Assembly (NCBI GenBank): GCA_035544015.1
Contig: DATKIP010000010.1
Location: forward strand, 6,449 to 70,448
Direction of reading: 5' to 3'
DNA from: Candidatus Saccharimonadia bacterium
GTDB taxonomy: Bacteria > Patescibacteriota > Saccharimonadia > UBA4664
Length of the DNA stretch: 64,000 nucleotides
Each line of letters starts with the position of its first letter. Within the stretch, counting starts at the first letter, position 1. Shown here piece after piece: positions 37,974 to 48,034 of this stretch. A program made the translations under genes and the position numbers. Below the pieces are notes generated by a model. That model saw only the letters and a program-made list of their open reading frames with translations. It had not been told where the DNA came from and ran no database searches.

Positions 37974-40898
37974 TTACGCCTTCACGATCCCGATGTACAG
38001 CTCAGCCCCATCCACTTTTACCGGCACCTCACCAGTCGCGCCGGTCGTCAGCAGTTTCGTCGCCAGCGTCTCAGTCTTGATGGTTTCACCATGCGTCCGC
38101 AACGCCGCCGCCAGTTCCGGAGCCTCGGTCGCCAGCGTCAACACAATCCGGTCATCCACTTCCAGCCCCGCCGCCTTGCGCGCGCTCTGTACCTGCCGCA
38201 CCACCTCGCGCATCAACCCTTCGGCCTTCAGCTCGAGCGTGATTTCAATATCGAGCTCTACCATCGCCGTACCGGCCACATGATCCGGATCGCCGCTAGC
38301 CGCCACTACCACCTGCTTCACATTGAGCTCCTCAGCCACGAGCGCCTTCAGCTGCCCAGACGCCTCGTACGTCGGGTCCAACGTGTCTCGCACCGTCGCC
38401 TTCGCCAGCGGCTGCCGCACTTTAATCTTCGCCTCGGCCCGCTTCGCCAATCCCATGGTAATCGCCTCGCGCGTCAGAGCCATTTCGCGAATCAACCGCG
38501 CGTCCACCTCGCCCGCCTCGGGCCAATCACTCAGATGCACGCTCACCACCTCATCCATACCCTCAGTCAAACCACGCCATAGCTTATCCGCCACAAACGG
38601 GCTCCACGGAGCCAAAAGCTGGGCGATCCGGGCAAGGGTATAGTGCAAAGTTACATAGGCGCCGTGCTTATCGCCATCATCCTCGCTCTTCCAAAACCGC
38701 CTTCTGGAACGCCGCACATACCAGTTGGATAAATCGTCAATAAGCAGACGCAGCGGCCGCAGCGCCTGAGCCAGCTCATAGGCATCAGCCGCCGTCGTCA
38801 TCGCCGTCGTCGTTTCGTCCAGCCGCGCCAGCATCCACCGATCGAGCACATTGTCGCTCGCCGGCCGCACCAGCTTCTTGCCCGGCTTCCATCCATCAAT
38901 CTCCGCGTACATGCTCAAAAACGAGTAGCTATTCCACAGCGTGCCAAACACATTGCGCTGAATATCCCGCATCGCCTCGCGGTTAAACCGCATATAGTCC
39001 GCGCCCACCGCCTGGTCGTTGCCCAGCAAGTAAAACCGCAGCGTATCAGCTCCTTCGGTCGCAAACACGTCCTCCACCGGCGGATAATTCCGCAGCCGCT
39101 TGCTCAATTTCTGCCCATCCGCCGCCATCACCATGCCGTTCACGAGCACGTTCTTGTACGCCGGCCGGTCAAATGCAATCGTGCTCAAAACATGCAACAC
39201 ATAAAACCACAGCCGCGTCTGATCCAATCCCTCACCCACATAATCAGCCGGGAAGCTCTCATCAAACACTGTCTCATTCTCAAACGGATAATGCTGCTGC
39301 GCCACCGGCATCGAACCGCTCTCAAACCAGCAGTCAAACACCTCCTCGACCCGCTTATAAACCTTGCCGTCCTTGCGAATCACCACCTCGTCGATGCCCG
39401 GCCGGTGCAAATCCTCGGGCTTGCCCTCAAGGCCCGCCAGCTTCACCAGCTCATCCAGACTCCCCACTACCAAATAGTCATCCGCATCCTTCTCATTCAC
39501 CCAGATCGGCAGCGGCGCGCCCCAGTACCGGTTGCGCGAAATCGCCCAGTCCCTGGCCCCCTCCAGCCACTTCCCAAACCGGCCGTCTTTAATATGCGCC
39601 GGCTGCCAATGAATCTGCTCCGCCGTGCGCATCATATCGTCCCGCACCGCCGACACCTTCACAAACCAGGTCGTAATAGCGTAATACAGCAGCGGCGAGT
39701 CACACCGGTAGCAAAACGGATACGTATGCGTAAACGTCTCCGCCGCATACACCCGTCCCGCCCGCGTCAAATGCTCCACGATCGCCGGGTCCGCCTCCTT
39801 AAAGAACACCCCCTCCACCTCATCCAGCCCCATCCCCGGCTTCACGCGCCCGCTCGTGTCCACCGTAGTAAGCACGGGGAAGCCATTATCCTGGCCGATC
39901 TTAAGGTCTTCCTCGCCGTACGCCGCCGACACATGCAGCACACCCGTGCCATCCTCCACGCTCACCGTATCCGAGAGCCGCACCTGGTACAAATTCTCAT
40001 ACCCCTCAAGCTTGTCCAGCCCCTCCACCGTAAACAGCGGCTCATACCGCTTACCCGCCAGCTCACGGGCGCTCACCTTCTTGAGCACCGTGAAGTCATC
40101 ACCTTTGAGCGCGCTCAAGCGCTTCTCGGCCAGCACCAGCACCTCATCCCCCTCCGTCGTCTGCACATACACATACGCCTCATCCGGATGCACCGCCACC
40201 GCCCCGTTGCCGCTCAGGCTCCATGGCGTCGTCGTCCACGCCAGCAGGCTCGCGTCCTCATCCACCAGCTTAAACTTCACATACAGGCTCGGGTCCGGCA
40301 CATCGTCCTTATACCCCTCATTCACCTCAAAATTGCTCAGCGGCGTCTCGCACCGCGGACAATACGGCATGCTCTTATACCCCCGATACAGCAGCCCCTT
40401 CTCGTTCACCCGGCCCAGCATCCACCACACACTCTCGGTGTAGTCGCGGTCGATAGTAGCATAAGCATTCTCAGTATCAGTCCACCGCCCAATGCGCCGG
40501 AAAAATTCCTCCCAATCGCCCTTGTACTTGAACACGCTCGCCCGGCAGGCCTCATTAAACTTCGCCAGCCCCAGCTCCAAAATCTGCTTCTTCCCGCTCA
40601 CCCCCAGCTCTTTCTCAATCGCAAACTCCACCGGCAACCCATGCGTATCCCACCCGTTCCGGCGCTCCACATACTCACCCTGCATCGTGTGATACCGGCC
40701 CAGCGAGTCCTTAATAGCAGTCACCAACGAATGCCCAAAATGCGGCAACCCATTCGCAAACGGCGGCCCATCATAAAACGAATACCGAGGCTTACCCTCG
40801 CGATTCTTCAAGCTCGCTTCAAATGTCTTCTCATCACTCCACGCTTTCAGCATTTCGGCTTCAAAAGCGGGAAAATCGGCTTGTGGTGCTTTCTTCAT
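37974..40898 (-). CDS. ileS: Isoleucine--tRNA ligase (IleRS2-type)
   Basis: DGPPFANGLPHFGH, GWDTHGLPVE, WTTTPW, DWAISRNRYWG, KLSKR, WYVRRSRRRFW. Confidence 0.96.
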   Translation of the reverse strand: MKKAPQADFPAFEAEMLKAWSDEKTFEASLKNREGKPRYSFYDGPPFANGLPHFGHSLVTAIKDSLGRYHTMQGEYVERRNGWDTHGLPVEFAIEKELGVSGKKQILELGLAKFNEACRASVFKYKGDWEEFFRRIGRWTDTENAYATIDRDYTESVWWMLGRVNEKGLLYRGYKSMPYCPRCETPLSNFEVNEGYKDDVPDPSLYVKFKLVDEDASLLAWTTTPWSLSGNGAVAVHPDEAYVYVQTTEGDEVLVLAEKRLSALKGDDFTVLKKVSARELAGKRYEPLFTVEGLDKLEGYENLYQVRLSDTVSVEDGTGVLHVSAAYGEEDLKIGQDNGFPVLTTVDTSGRVKPGMGLDEVEGVFFKEADPAIVEHLTRAGRVYAAETFTHTYPFCYRCDSPLLYYAITTWFVKVSAVRDDMMRTAEQIHWQPAHIKDGRFGKWLEGARDWAISRNRYWGAPLPIWVNEKDADDYLVVGSLDELVKLAGLEGKPEDLHRPGIDEVVIRKDGKVYKRVEEVFDCWFESGSMPVAQQHYPFENETVFDESFPADYVGEGLDQTRLWFYVLHVLSTIAFDRPAYKNVLVNGMVMAADGQKLSKRLRNYPPVEDVFATEGADTLRFYLLGNDQAVGADYMRFNREAMRDIQRNVFGTLWNSYSFLSMYAEIDGWKPGKKLVRPASDNVLDRWMLARLDETTTAMTTAADAYELAQALRPLRLLIDDLSNWYVRRSRRRFWKSEDDGDKHGAYVTLHYTLARIAQLLAPWSPFVADKLWRGLTEGMDEVVSVHLSDWPEAGEVDARLIREMALTREAITMGLAKRAEAKIKVRQPLAKATVRDTLDPTYEASGQLKALVAEELNVKQVVVAASGDPDHVAGTAMVELDIEITLELKAEGLMREVVRQVQSARKAAGLEVDDRIVLTLATEAPELAAALRTHGETIKTETLATKLLTTGATGEVPVKVDGAELYIGIVKA

Positions 40899-40915
40899 GG
40901 GTGCTCCTTAAATAC

Positions 40916-41082
40916 AAAAATCCATCCGTTTGCAGGGACCCTTTCGGGCGGTTCCACCCTGCTTTCCAGATGGGACACTTCATTCGTTCTCGATTAACGT
41001 CCGAGACATTTACGTCGGGTTCTACTCTCGCTTATCAGACGATTTCTTCCCGCAGCTTCGCGGTTGATAGCCGCTCATGCGC
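40916..41082 (-). ncRNA. ileS T-box riboswitch with ultrashort Stem I (AUC specifier)
   Basis: Minus strand: GCAUGA-GCGG-CUAUCAA-CCGC-GAAGC (Stem I; AUC at 41066-41068), CGGGAAGAA...AGUAGAACCCG (Stem II), GCAGGGUGGAACCGC...UCCCUGC antiterminator (40932-40962), then a U-tract. Confidence 0.88.
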
Positions 41083-41191
41083 TTTTTCAGCACAGTGCTT
41101 TTATCTAATTGTGAGGCTATAATACCATATTAGAGACAATAAATGAACGAGCTGATCAAATAATTAAGAGCTAACCCTGTAAAGAAACATC

Positions 41192-42196
41192 ATGAAGACA
41201 ATCAGCAATAAGGAACTAAAAGAAATAATCCAAAGCGGCCATATTAACCTCCTACTAGGATCTGGGTGCTCGCGCGATTACCTTGCAACTCTCCAGGACA
41301 TCGAAGAAAGGATGAATAATGAGGCCACAAAGGAAGCTGCGCAAAAAGACTACTACAAACTGATCCTTAAATCCAAAGCAGTCCTTGATGAAACTTTAGA
41401 AACCAGTCCAACCGAGAAAAGAAAATTACTAAAGACACGACAAAACTACGACTCGTTCCTCGGCTTTTGGGTCGACACAGTCGCCAAAAGGTCACTACAT
41501 ATCGTCAATAAACAAATAAATATATTTACGACCAACTTTGACATGTTCATTGAAGCATCCTGCGAGAGGCTTAATATTCCATACAACGATGGCTTCGCAG
41601 GTCAAATCAACCCTGTTTTTAGCGTATCTAACTTCAATAAAATTCAAAAATACAAAAGCCTACAGTTTGATAACACTTCAGATATTCCCCTGTTCAACAT
41701 CATTAAGTTACACGGCTCGCTATCATGGCAAGCAAAAGACGAAGTGATCACCTATTCAAACGGACAACACATCGAGAACGGCCTGGACACCAAAACAGGC
41801 ACCGATTTTGATGAAGGCTACAAGCAAATCGCAGTTATTAATCCGAATGCTGAAAAGCATTTCGAAACGGTGCTTAACAGAAGCTACGCATCAATGCTGC
41901 GTAAGTTCACATTAGAGCTTGAAAAAGAAAACAGCGTATTACTAATTGCCGGATTCTCGCTGTCGGATAAACACATAAAAGACCTCCTATACGGGGTCAT
42001 GAAGTCAAACCCCACTCTTGTGGTCATCTATTTCGCGCATTCCCCATATAACGAGGCATCAGACAAGCTTAACGAAAAAAAGAACCCCAACCTGTATATA
42101 ATCTCTCCGGAAACCGAATTCTCGCTCGAGGAGATTACTGCCTATATTTCAAAAATTTTCAACGACAAACCTGAGGTTCACGAGGATGGCGAATAA
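41192..42196 (+). CDS. SIR2-family (SIR2_2) NADase of a Sir2-HerA anti-phage system
   Basis: LLLGSGCS, IFTTNFD, YNDGF, IIKLHGS, GFSLSDKHI; low GC; overlaps the herA start. Confidence 0.9.
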   Translation: MKTISNKELKEIIQSGHINLLLGSGCSRDYLATLQDIEERMNNEATKEAAQKDYYKLILKSKAVLDETLETSPTEKRKLLKTRQNYDSFLGFWVDTVAKRSLHIVNKQINIFTTNFDMFIEASCERLNIPYNDGFAGQINPVFSVSNFNKIQKYKSLQFDNTSDIPLFNIIKLHGSLSWQAKDEVITYSNGQHIENGLDTKTGTDFDEGYKQIAVINPNAEKHFETVLNRSYASMLRKFTLELEKENSVLLIAGFSLSDKHIKDLLYGVMKSNPTLVVIYFAHSPYNEASDKLNEKKNPNLYIISPETEFSLEEITAYISKIFNDKPEVHEDGE

Positions 42197-44075
42197 TTTC
42201 AGTCTACAAGAACGCCTAACCAGTGATTCGGTTTTTACAATCGGTAGCGTATACAGTGTCAAGGGAAAAGACATTGTTGTTAAGGTTAATAAGGACAAGA
42301 ATCTCCCCCATCTATTCTTTAAAGGACGGACGATTAAAAATGTCTCCGTCGGACTCTCGAACTACATTAAAATCCTGAAAGGCTTCACTGAGATCATATG
42401 CAAAGTTGAAGGCGAATACCTTGAGGAAGACAAATTCCAGGCCAACAAAAGCTATGCCAATGAAAAACAAAAAATAAACCGCTTCCTGAATGTTTCAGTT
42501 TTCGGTTTTTATGACGACGATCACAACTTCCAGCATGGCATAAAAGAGATGCCGCTGATAGGCAGCGAGTGCAAATTACTTTCAAGAAGCGAGTTTGAAA
42601 AACTCCATAAACTATCTAACGAAAAAGAACTCTCAATACCACTTGGCTCGTTAATTGATGAGGAAACACAAAATATATCTATCGCGGTTAAAAAACTATT
42701 TGCGGGACATATTGGTATCTTCGGCAATACTGGTTCCGGCAAGTCCAACACCCTCGCCAAAATGTACTCTGAGTTATTCAAACTAAATAATCTAAGCGGC
42801 AACTTCAAATCAAAGTCAAAGTTCATATTCATCGACTTCAACGGCGAATATTCGAAAGCGACAAACGATCACATCCTAACAGACCAAAAAATCCTATATA
42901 AATTAAAAACACGCGACAATACAGGAAGCAAATATCCCATCTTAAAGTCAGAGCTTGAGAAATTGGAGGTTCTGTCAATTCTATTGGATGCCACAGAAAA
43001 GACACAGCAGCCCTTCTTATACAGAGCAATTGATAGAGACTGGTTTGATACTGATAACGCAAACCACGAAAAAGAGATCAGAAGCATTACCCAAAAACTA
43101 AAAGACATCCTAGTCATGAAGGATAAAAGCTTTAATGTTCCATTTCTCAAAAAGTTCGTTAAGGACTTTGAACAGCTAGGTTTTAAGATAGTTGGAGATA
43201 GCAAGAATATTGACGATCTAAAATACCACGGTAACGACAATTGCGCTTTCTACTTCATTAGCGGTGGCATTAAGGTTTATGCAGACACAAATGAAAGCGC
43301 TTTTATTGGGGAAGCCGGGTACTTTAACGTATCAGTCAGAACACCATTAAACATCTTGCAGCAGATACAGTTCAAAGTATTAGACCAATATTACTTCGAA
43401 ATTCTTAATGGGTACGCAAATCAAGAGCATATTAGCCCTTTAGTTGGACGTCTGAAAAAACGCTTCGACATGCTGAATAAGGTGTTTGATATTAGGAATG
43501 AGCTTCCAGATTCCACTGGGTCAAATGTACACATTATTGACTTAAAAAACGTCAATTTAGAAGTTAAAAAGATAATCCCTTTATTAATCTGCAAGACGAA
43601 TTACGACAACCAAAAGGAAAAAAGAGAAACCGACAAGAATAACTCGCTCAACATTATCATCGACGAGGCGCACAATATTCTCTCAGAAAATTCGAGTCGA
43701 GAGGCAGAATCTTGGAAGGATTACCGTCTTGAAACGTTCGAAGAAATTATTAAAGAAGGGAGAAAGTTCGGCGTTTTTCTTACCATCGCCAGCCAACGCC
43801 CATCGGACATCTCCCCTACCATCATCTCGCAACTCCACAACTACTTCATCCATAGGCTAATGAATGACAATGACTTGTGGGCAATCAATAAAGCCGTTAG
43901 CTACCTTGATAAGCTTTCATTTGATTCAATATCAAATTTATCAATAGGCTGCTGTTTTATTGCAGGACAGATGACGCAGTTTCCATTGTCAGTAAAGGTA
44001 GGCCTGCTAGACAGGGACGAACAACCGCAAAGTGAAACAATCGATCTGGACGAACTTTGGCGATCAGACCTATGA
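42186..44075 (+). CDS. herA: HerA/DUF87 ATPase of a Sir2-HerA system
   Basis: N-terminal HAS-like barrel; HIGIFGNTGSGKS, IIIDEAH, KEGRKFG, SQRPSDI. Confidence 0.9.
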   Translation: MANNFSLQERLTSDSVFTIGSVYSVKGKDIVVKVNKDKNLPHLFFKGRTIKNVSVGLSNYIKILKGFTEIICKVEGEYLEEDKFQANKSYANEKQKINRFLNVSVFGFYDDDHNFQHGIKEMPLIGSECKLLSRSEFEKLHKLSNEKELSIPLGSLIDEETQNISIAVKKLFAGHIGIFGNTGSGKSNTLAKMYSELFKLNNLSGNFKSKSKFIFIDFNGEYSKATNDHILTDQKILYKLKTRDNTGSKYPILKSELEKLEVLSILLDATEKTQQPFLYRAIDRDWFDTDNANHEKEIRSITQKLKDILVMKDKSFNVPFLKKFVKDFEQLGFKIVGDSKNIDDLKYHGNDNCAFYFISGGIKVYADTNESAFIGEAGYFNVSVRTPLNILQQIQFKVLDQYYFEILNGYANQEHISPLVGRLKKRFDMLNKVFDIRNELPDSTGSNVHIIDLKNVNLEVKKIIPLLICKTNYDNQKEKRETDKNNSLNIIIDEAHNILSENSSREAESWKDYRLETFEEIIKEGRKFGVFLTIASQRPSDISPTIISQLHNYFIHRLMNDNDLWAINKAVSYLDKLSFDSISNLSIGCCFIAGQMTQFPLSVKVGLLDRDEQPQSETIDLDELWRSDL

Positions 44076-44122
44076 ACCAGCCACCCGATCCATCACCGAC
44101 GGCTTAAAACACAGCATATAAC

Positions 44123-45388
44123 TCAGGGGGTTTTCCACCCTTGCTGTTTCAAATATTCTTTTAGCATGTCTTTGTTTGGAGTGTGCATTCCAAAATCCCA
44201 ATAAAATCTTTCAACTGTTTCAAGAACTTCGGTGCTTAACGACTCAATATCATTAAGCTTTACGGTGTCTAAATTAGCCACCTCCCACTCGTAAGACCCA
44301 AGTTTGGTAAGCTCGGACCCACTCCCAAACGAGCTCCGTTGCCAACCATCAGGTAAGGGCCCATAAACAGCCACTCCCTTGGCTTTATCCAATGATATTC
44401 TGCAAGTCAACAAACCATTGAAGCCGATAAGATTGTAGAATTTCTTCGCAACCTCGAGTTGCCTTACCAAATTCGATACCATATGCCCCATGGCGATCTG
44501 ACGAATACCTTTGGTCGGATCAGCGCTTAGAACATCGACAACCGAGTCAATCACACCTTTTTCTGTCACCTCGCCGTATCTGAAATCACTATCAATCCAC
44601 GACCAAGCAGCAAACATTATGCCTCCAGGCATCGTTTCGACATTGAGCTCCGGAAAATCTCTATAAAATCTTGTTCGGACGCGATATTCATCAAGTTTAT
44701 CCTTGATAAATCGATAGTTAACAATTGCTTCAGATGGAGAAATTGGCATGATCGTAACTCTAAAAGGCGATTCTATTTCTGCCGGCTCATGCTTTGAAAC
44801 GCTACTCGGGTCCAATTGTCTCTTTTCTTTCCATTCGCCGATAGCCCTGTCTAGCGCTGCTCTGTAAATGAGATCAGAGCTAGCAAGAGCATCTTGGCGC
44901 AGAACTTGAGCTCTTGCCTTTTTCTCATGCAGCTTCTCTAACTCACGCGAATCGGCATTTCGGAGAGGTGTACTAATATTGCCTGTTCTTAACCGTATCG
45001 TAGAATCACTATTCGACATATAGGGTGGCTGATCACCCTCAAAAATCTTTACCAGCAAAAATATCTTCCCAGCCTTTTCGTCCGTTGCTCGTACTTCATA
45101 CCGAGGAAAAGGTGACACATTTGAAGCAAACTGATGCACTTGGTCTATGAGTTTGCCATCAAATACGATACCTTCATATGTTTTAGGCTTTCCGGTGACG
45201 CTATCTTCCTCGACACCAATAATAATTAGCCCACCGTGTGTATTGGAAAAAGTAGCAAAATGCTTCGATAAATCGCCTGGCATGGACTTCTTATAATCCA
45301 ACACGGCCGATTCGAGTGTTTCTGCACGACAACACTCCACTACGTCATCAAATGTAATTTCTTGAAACGCTTTGGTCAGTATATTCAT
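44123..45388 (-). CDS. Schlafen/AlbA_2-domain protein
   Basis: ESAVLDYK, FATFSNTHGGLIIIGVEE; start at 45388 supported by TATAAT 7 nt upstream; low GC. Confidence 0.85.
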   Translation of the reverse strand: MNILTKAFQEITFDDVVECCRAETLESAVLDYKKSMPGDLSKHFATFSNTHGGLIIIGVEEDSVTGKPKTYEGIVFDGKLIDQVHQFASNVSPFPRYEVRATDEKAGKIFLLVKIFEGDQPPYMSNSDSTIRLRTGNISTPLRNADSRELEKLHEKKARAQVLRQDALASSDLIYRAALDRAIGEWKEKRQLDPSSVSKHEPAEIESPFRVTIMPISPSEAIVNYRFIKDKLDEYRVRTRFYRDFPELNVETMPGGIMFAAWSWIDSDFRYGEVTEKGVIDSVVDVLSADPTKGIRQIAMGHMVSNLVRQLEVAKKFYNLIGFNGLLTCRISLDKAKGVAVYGPLPDGWQRSSFGSGSELTKLGSYEWEVANLDTVKLNDIESLSTEVLETVERFYWDFGMHTPNKDMLKEYLKQQGWKTP

Positions 45389-45455
45389 AAAGGCCATTAT
45401 ACGTCTCTGACGAACCAACCGTTACATTGCCAAATGAACCAAAAAGCTGTCCAGC

Positions 45456-46289
45456 CTACCGCTTGTCCATCGTATCCGGATGCGCACCCAGCCGCTCGTC
45501 CCGGTTCAGGGCCGAAATCGCCTGCACATCCGCCGCGTCGAGCTCAAAATCAAAGATGTCCCGGTTCTCGCGGATGCGCTCCGGCTTGGACGACCGCGGG
45601 ATCACCACCAACCCCAGCTGGATGTGCCACCGCAGCACCACCTGCGCCGGCGTCTTGCCATACTTAGCCGCCATATCGCGCAGCACGTCCGGCATGCCCT
45701 CGCCGATCACGCCCCGCAACGGACTCCACGACTCCGTCACAATCCCGTGCGCCGCATCGTACGCCCGCACCTCGGCTTGCGTCAGCAGCGGATGCAATTC
45801 CACCTGATTCACCGCCGGCACCACTTCGCACTCCGCCGCCAGCCGCTCCACATGCGCCGGCTGAAAGTTGCTCACCCCGATCGCCTTCACCCGGCCCTCC
45901 TTATAGAGCCGCTCCATCGCCTTCCAGCTCTCCACGTACGTGTCGTACATTGGCTGCGGCCAGTGGATGAGGTACAAATCCAGGTAGTCCAGGCCCAGCC
46001 GCTCCAAGCTCGCCTCGAAGGCTTTGATGGTAGAGTCGTAGCCCTGGTCGCTATTCCACAGTTTGCTCGTCACAAAGAGCTCCGCGCGCGGCACGCCACT
46101 CTGGCGCACGGCCTCCCCCACCCCGGCTTCGTTGCGGTAAATCGCCGCCGTATCAATCAGCCGGTACCCGGCCGCAATCGCCGCCTGCACATTATCCGCC
46201 GCCTCGTCTTCCGGTATCCGCCACACACCCAAGCCAAATTGAGGCATAGCAAGACCATTATTGAGCTTTACTGATGGGATATCAGACAT
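45456..46289 (-). CDS. Aldo/keto reductase (2,5-diketo-gluconate reductase-like)
   Basis: GYRLIDTAAIY, LFVTSKLW, LDLYLIHWP, IGVSNF, NQVELHP. Confidence 0.93.
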   Translation of the reverse strand: MSDIPSVKLNNGLAMPQFGLGVWRIPEDEAADNVQAAIAAGYRLIDTAAIYRNEAGVGEAVRQSGVPRAELFVTSKLWNSDQGYDSTIKAFEASLERLGLDYLDLYLIHWPQPMYDTYVESWKAMERLYKEGRVKAIGVSNFQPAHVERLAAECEVVPAVNQVELHPLLTQAEVRAYDAAHGIVTESWSPLRGVIGEGMPDVLRDMAAKYGKTPAQVVLRWHIQLGLVVIPRSSKPERIRENRDIFDFELDAADVQAISALNRDERLGAHPDTMDKR

Positions 46290-46371
46290 CTGTGTTTCTC
46301 TCCTATTCTGAGATTATACCGCCACGGCCCCCATACTCCCCAGCCCCCGTAGCGTGCTGTAAACTAAACCT

Positions 46372-46833
46372 ATGCAACAGCCAAAGCCCTCAAACTTTCC
46401 ACCCAACCCCGCCCTTCAGCGTTTCAGTCCCATCATCGGGACCTGGGACACCACCGGTACCCATGGGATGATCCCCGGCACCATTCTTCATGGCCGCACG
46501 TCCTTTGAGTGGCACGACGGCTTTATCCGCATGAATTCAAGCATTCAAGAACCCGTCGGCATCCCCGCCGGCCTGGCCGTCATTGGCAGTGACGACGAGC
46601 TGGATACCTATACCATGCAGTACTACGACACGCGAGGCGTCTCGCGAAACTATAGCGTCAGCATCCAGCACAACGTCATGAAATGGTGGCGCGATGCTTC
46701 CAGCTTCTCCCAGCGCTATAGCCTCACCATTTCCGCGAACGGACGCACCATGACGGGTAAAGGCGAATTATCCAAAGATGGGTCAAACTGGGAAAAGGAT
46801 CTCGATCTGGATTACCAGAAAGTTAAGGGTTAA
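46372..46833 (+). CDS. DUF1579-like beta-barrel protein
   Basis: IIGTW, YYDTRGVSRNY, FSQRY, SKDGSNWEKD. Confidence 0.65.
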   Translation: MQQPKPSNFPPNPALQRFSPIIGTWDTTGTHGMIPGTILHGRTSFEWHDGFIRMNSSIQEPVGIPAGLAVIGSDDELDTYTMQYYDTRGVSRNYSVSIQHNVMKWWRDASSFSQRYSLTISANGRTMTGKGELSKDGSNWEKDLDLDYQKVKG

Positions 46834-46846
46834 ACAAGGAGCCGTC

Positions 46847-47137
46847 ATGTCTTTCCAAGCATACCTAGACAATATCGAGACCAAAACGGGCAAAAGCCCG
46901 CAGGACTTCATTACCCTCGCCAAGGCCAAAGGTTTCGACGACCCCGCCACCAAAGCCGGCGCCATCGTCGCCTGGCTCAAGGAAGACTTCGACCTCGGTC
47001 ACGGCCATGCCATGGCCCTCGTGCACGTCATAAAGCACGGCGCCCAGATCAGCGACAAACACGTGGACTCAGGCGGCGCTCACAGCGACCCGTCAAATAC
47101 CTTAAAACTCGACGGCAAAGAAGGAGGCCGATCATGA
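46847..47137 (+). CDS. DUF4287-domain protein
   Basis: MSFQAYLDNIETKTGK, WLKEDFDLGHGHAMAL; AGGAG SD. Confidence 0.85.
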   Translation: MSFQAYLDNIETKTGKSPQDFITLAKAKGFDDPATKAGAIVAWLKEDFDLGHGHAMALVHVIKHGAQISDKHVDSGGAHSDPSNTLKLDGKEGGRS

Positions 47138-47499
47138 CCAAACAATCCATCACCGGTATCGGCGCTGTAATGTTCCGCGCCAAGGACCCGGCCGCCCTCA
47201 CCAAATGGTACGACGACAACTTAGGCATCACCGCCATGAGCGCGGCCAACCCCGAGCCCTGGCATCAGGAAGCCGGCCCCACCGTTTTTTCACCGGCCGA
47301 CGCCGACACCGATTACTTCCCCGCCCACCAGCAATTCCTGCTGAATTTCCGCGTGTCAGACCTGGACGCCATGCTCGAACAGCTGGGAGCCAGCGGCGTC
47401 AAAATTGACGACAAACGCGTGAACGAAGACTACGGCCGCTTTGCCTGGGTATACGACCCCGAAGGCAACAAAATTGAGCTCTGGCAGCCGCTCGACTAG
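47134..47499 (+). CDS. VOC/glyoxalase family protein
   Basis: ITGIGAVMFRAKDP, LNFRVSDLD, YGRFAWVYDPEGNKIELW. Confidence 0.9.
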   Translation: MTKQSITGIGAVMFRAKDPAALTKWYDDNLGITAMSAANPEPWHQEAGPTVFSPADADTDYFPAHQQFLLNFRVSDLDAMLEQLGASGVKIDDKRVNEDYGRFAWVYDPEGNKIELWQPLD

Positions 47500-47927
47500 G
47501 AGTTCTCAAATCCGCCGTTTGTGTCCTTCATATGCTTGTACGACTGCCCGATCAGCTCCTCCAAAACGCCCATGTCCACATCGGCTAGCTTGTTGATGTA
47601 CAGGCAGCCCCCGCCTTTCTTGTGTTTGCCCAATTTGCCCAGCAGCTCGTCATAATCCCCATGACCCAGCATCAGGTACAGCGTGAGGGCAGCCTTGCGC
47701 GGCGAAAACCCGGTGAGCATCCAGTCCCCTTCTTGGCGGCTGCGCTCGCTCTTGTAGTGGTACTGTCCAAACCCAACGATGCTCGTGCCCCACATTTTGG
47801 GCTTCTCGCCGGTAATTTTCTTGAACAGCTCCAGCAGCACCAGACCGTCTTCGCGTCTGGGCTCCGGCGCCGCGTTCATAAAATCGGTCACACTGGCGTC
47901 GTTTACTTGGGTTTTAAGTTCGCTCAT
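47496..47927 (-). CDS. DUF1801-domain protein
   Basis: PKMWGTSIVGFGQYHY, GFSPRK, LGKHK..GCLYINKL. Confidence 0.88.
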   Translation of the reverse strand: MSELKTQVNDASVTDFMNAAPEPRREDGLVLLELFKKITGEKPKMWGTSIVGFGQYHYKSERSRQEGDWMLTGFSPRKAALTLYLMLGHGDYDELLGKLGKHKKGGGCLYINKLADVDMGVLEELIGQSYKHMKDTNGGFENS

Positions 47928-48034
47928 GCGCTAATAATACTCCTCATCGCCTGTTCATTGTATCCGTATGCGCACCCAACCATAACCTCGCAAACCCCAG
48001 CCCAACGCCAAAAACTTACGCTATACTAGTGAAC

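Noticed and set aside
39192-40997. 601-aa antisense ORF over ileS (also similar ORFs over relA, recJ, ftsA)
   Set aside because: Shadow ORFs opposite well-supported housekeeping genes
41041-41046. Alternative T-box specifier GAA-AUC in a long Stem I
   Set aside because: This segment fits the 5' strand of Stem II; the AUC at 41066-41068 fits the ultrashort Stem I loop better
41120-45455. att sites or terminal repeats bounding the low-GC island
   Set aside because: Only short matches (AAATGAAC direct; AGAGAC/GTCTCT inverted), compatible with chance; no integrase or transposase
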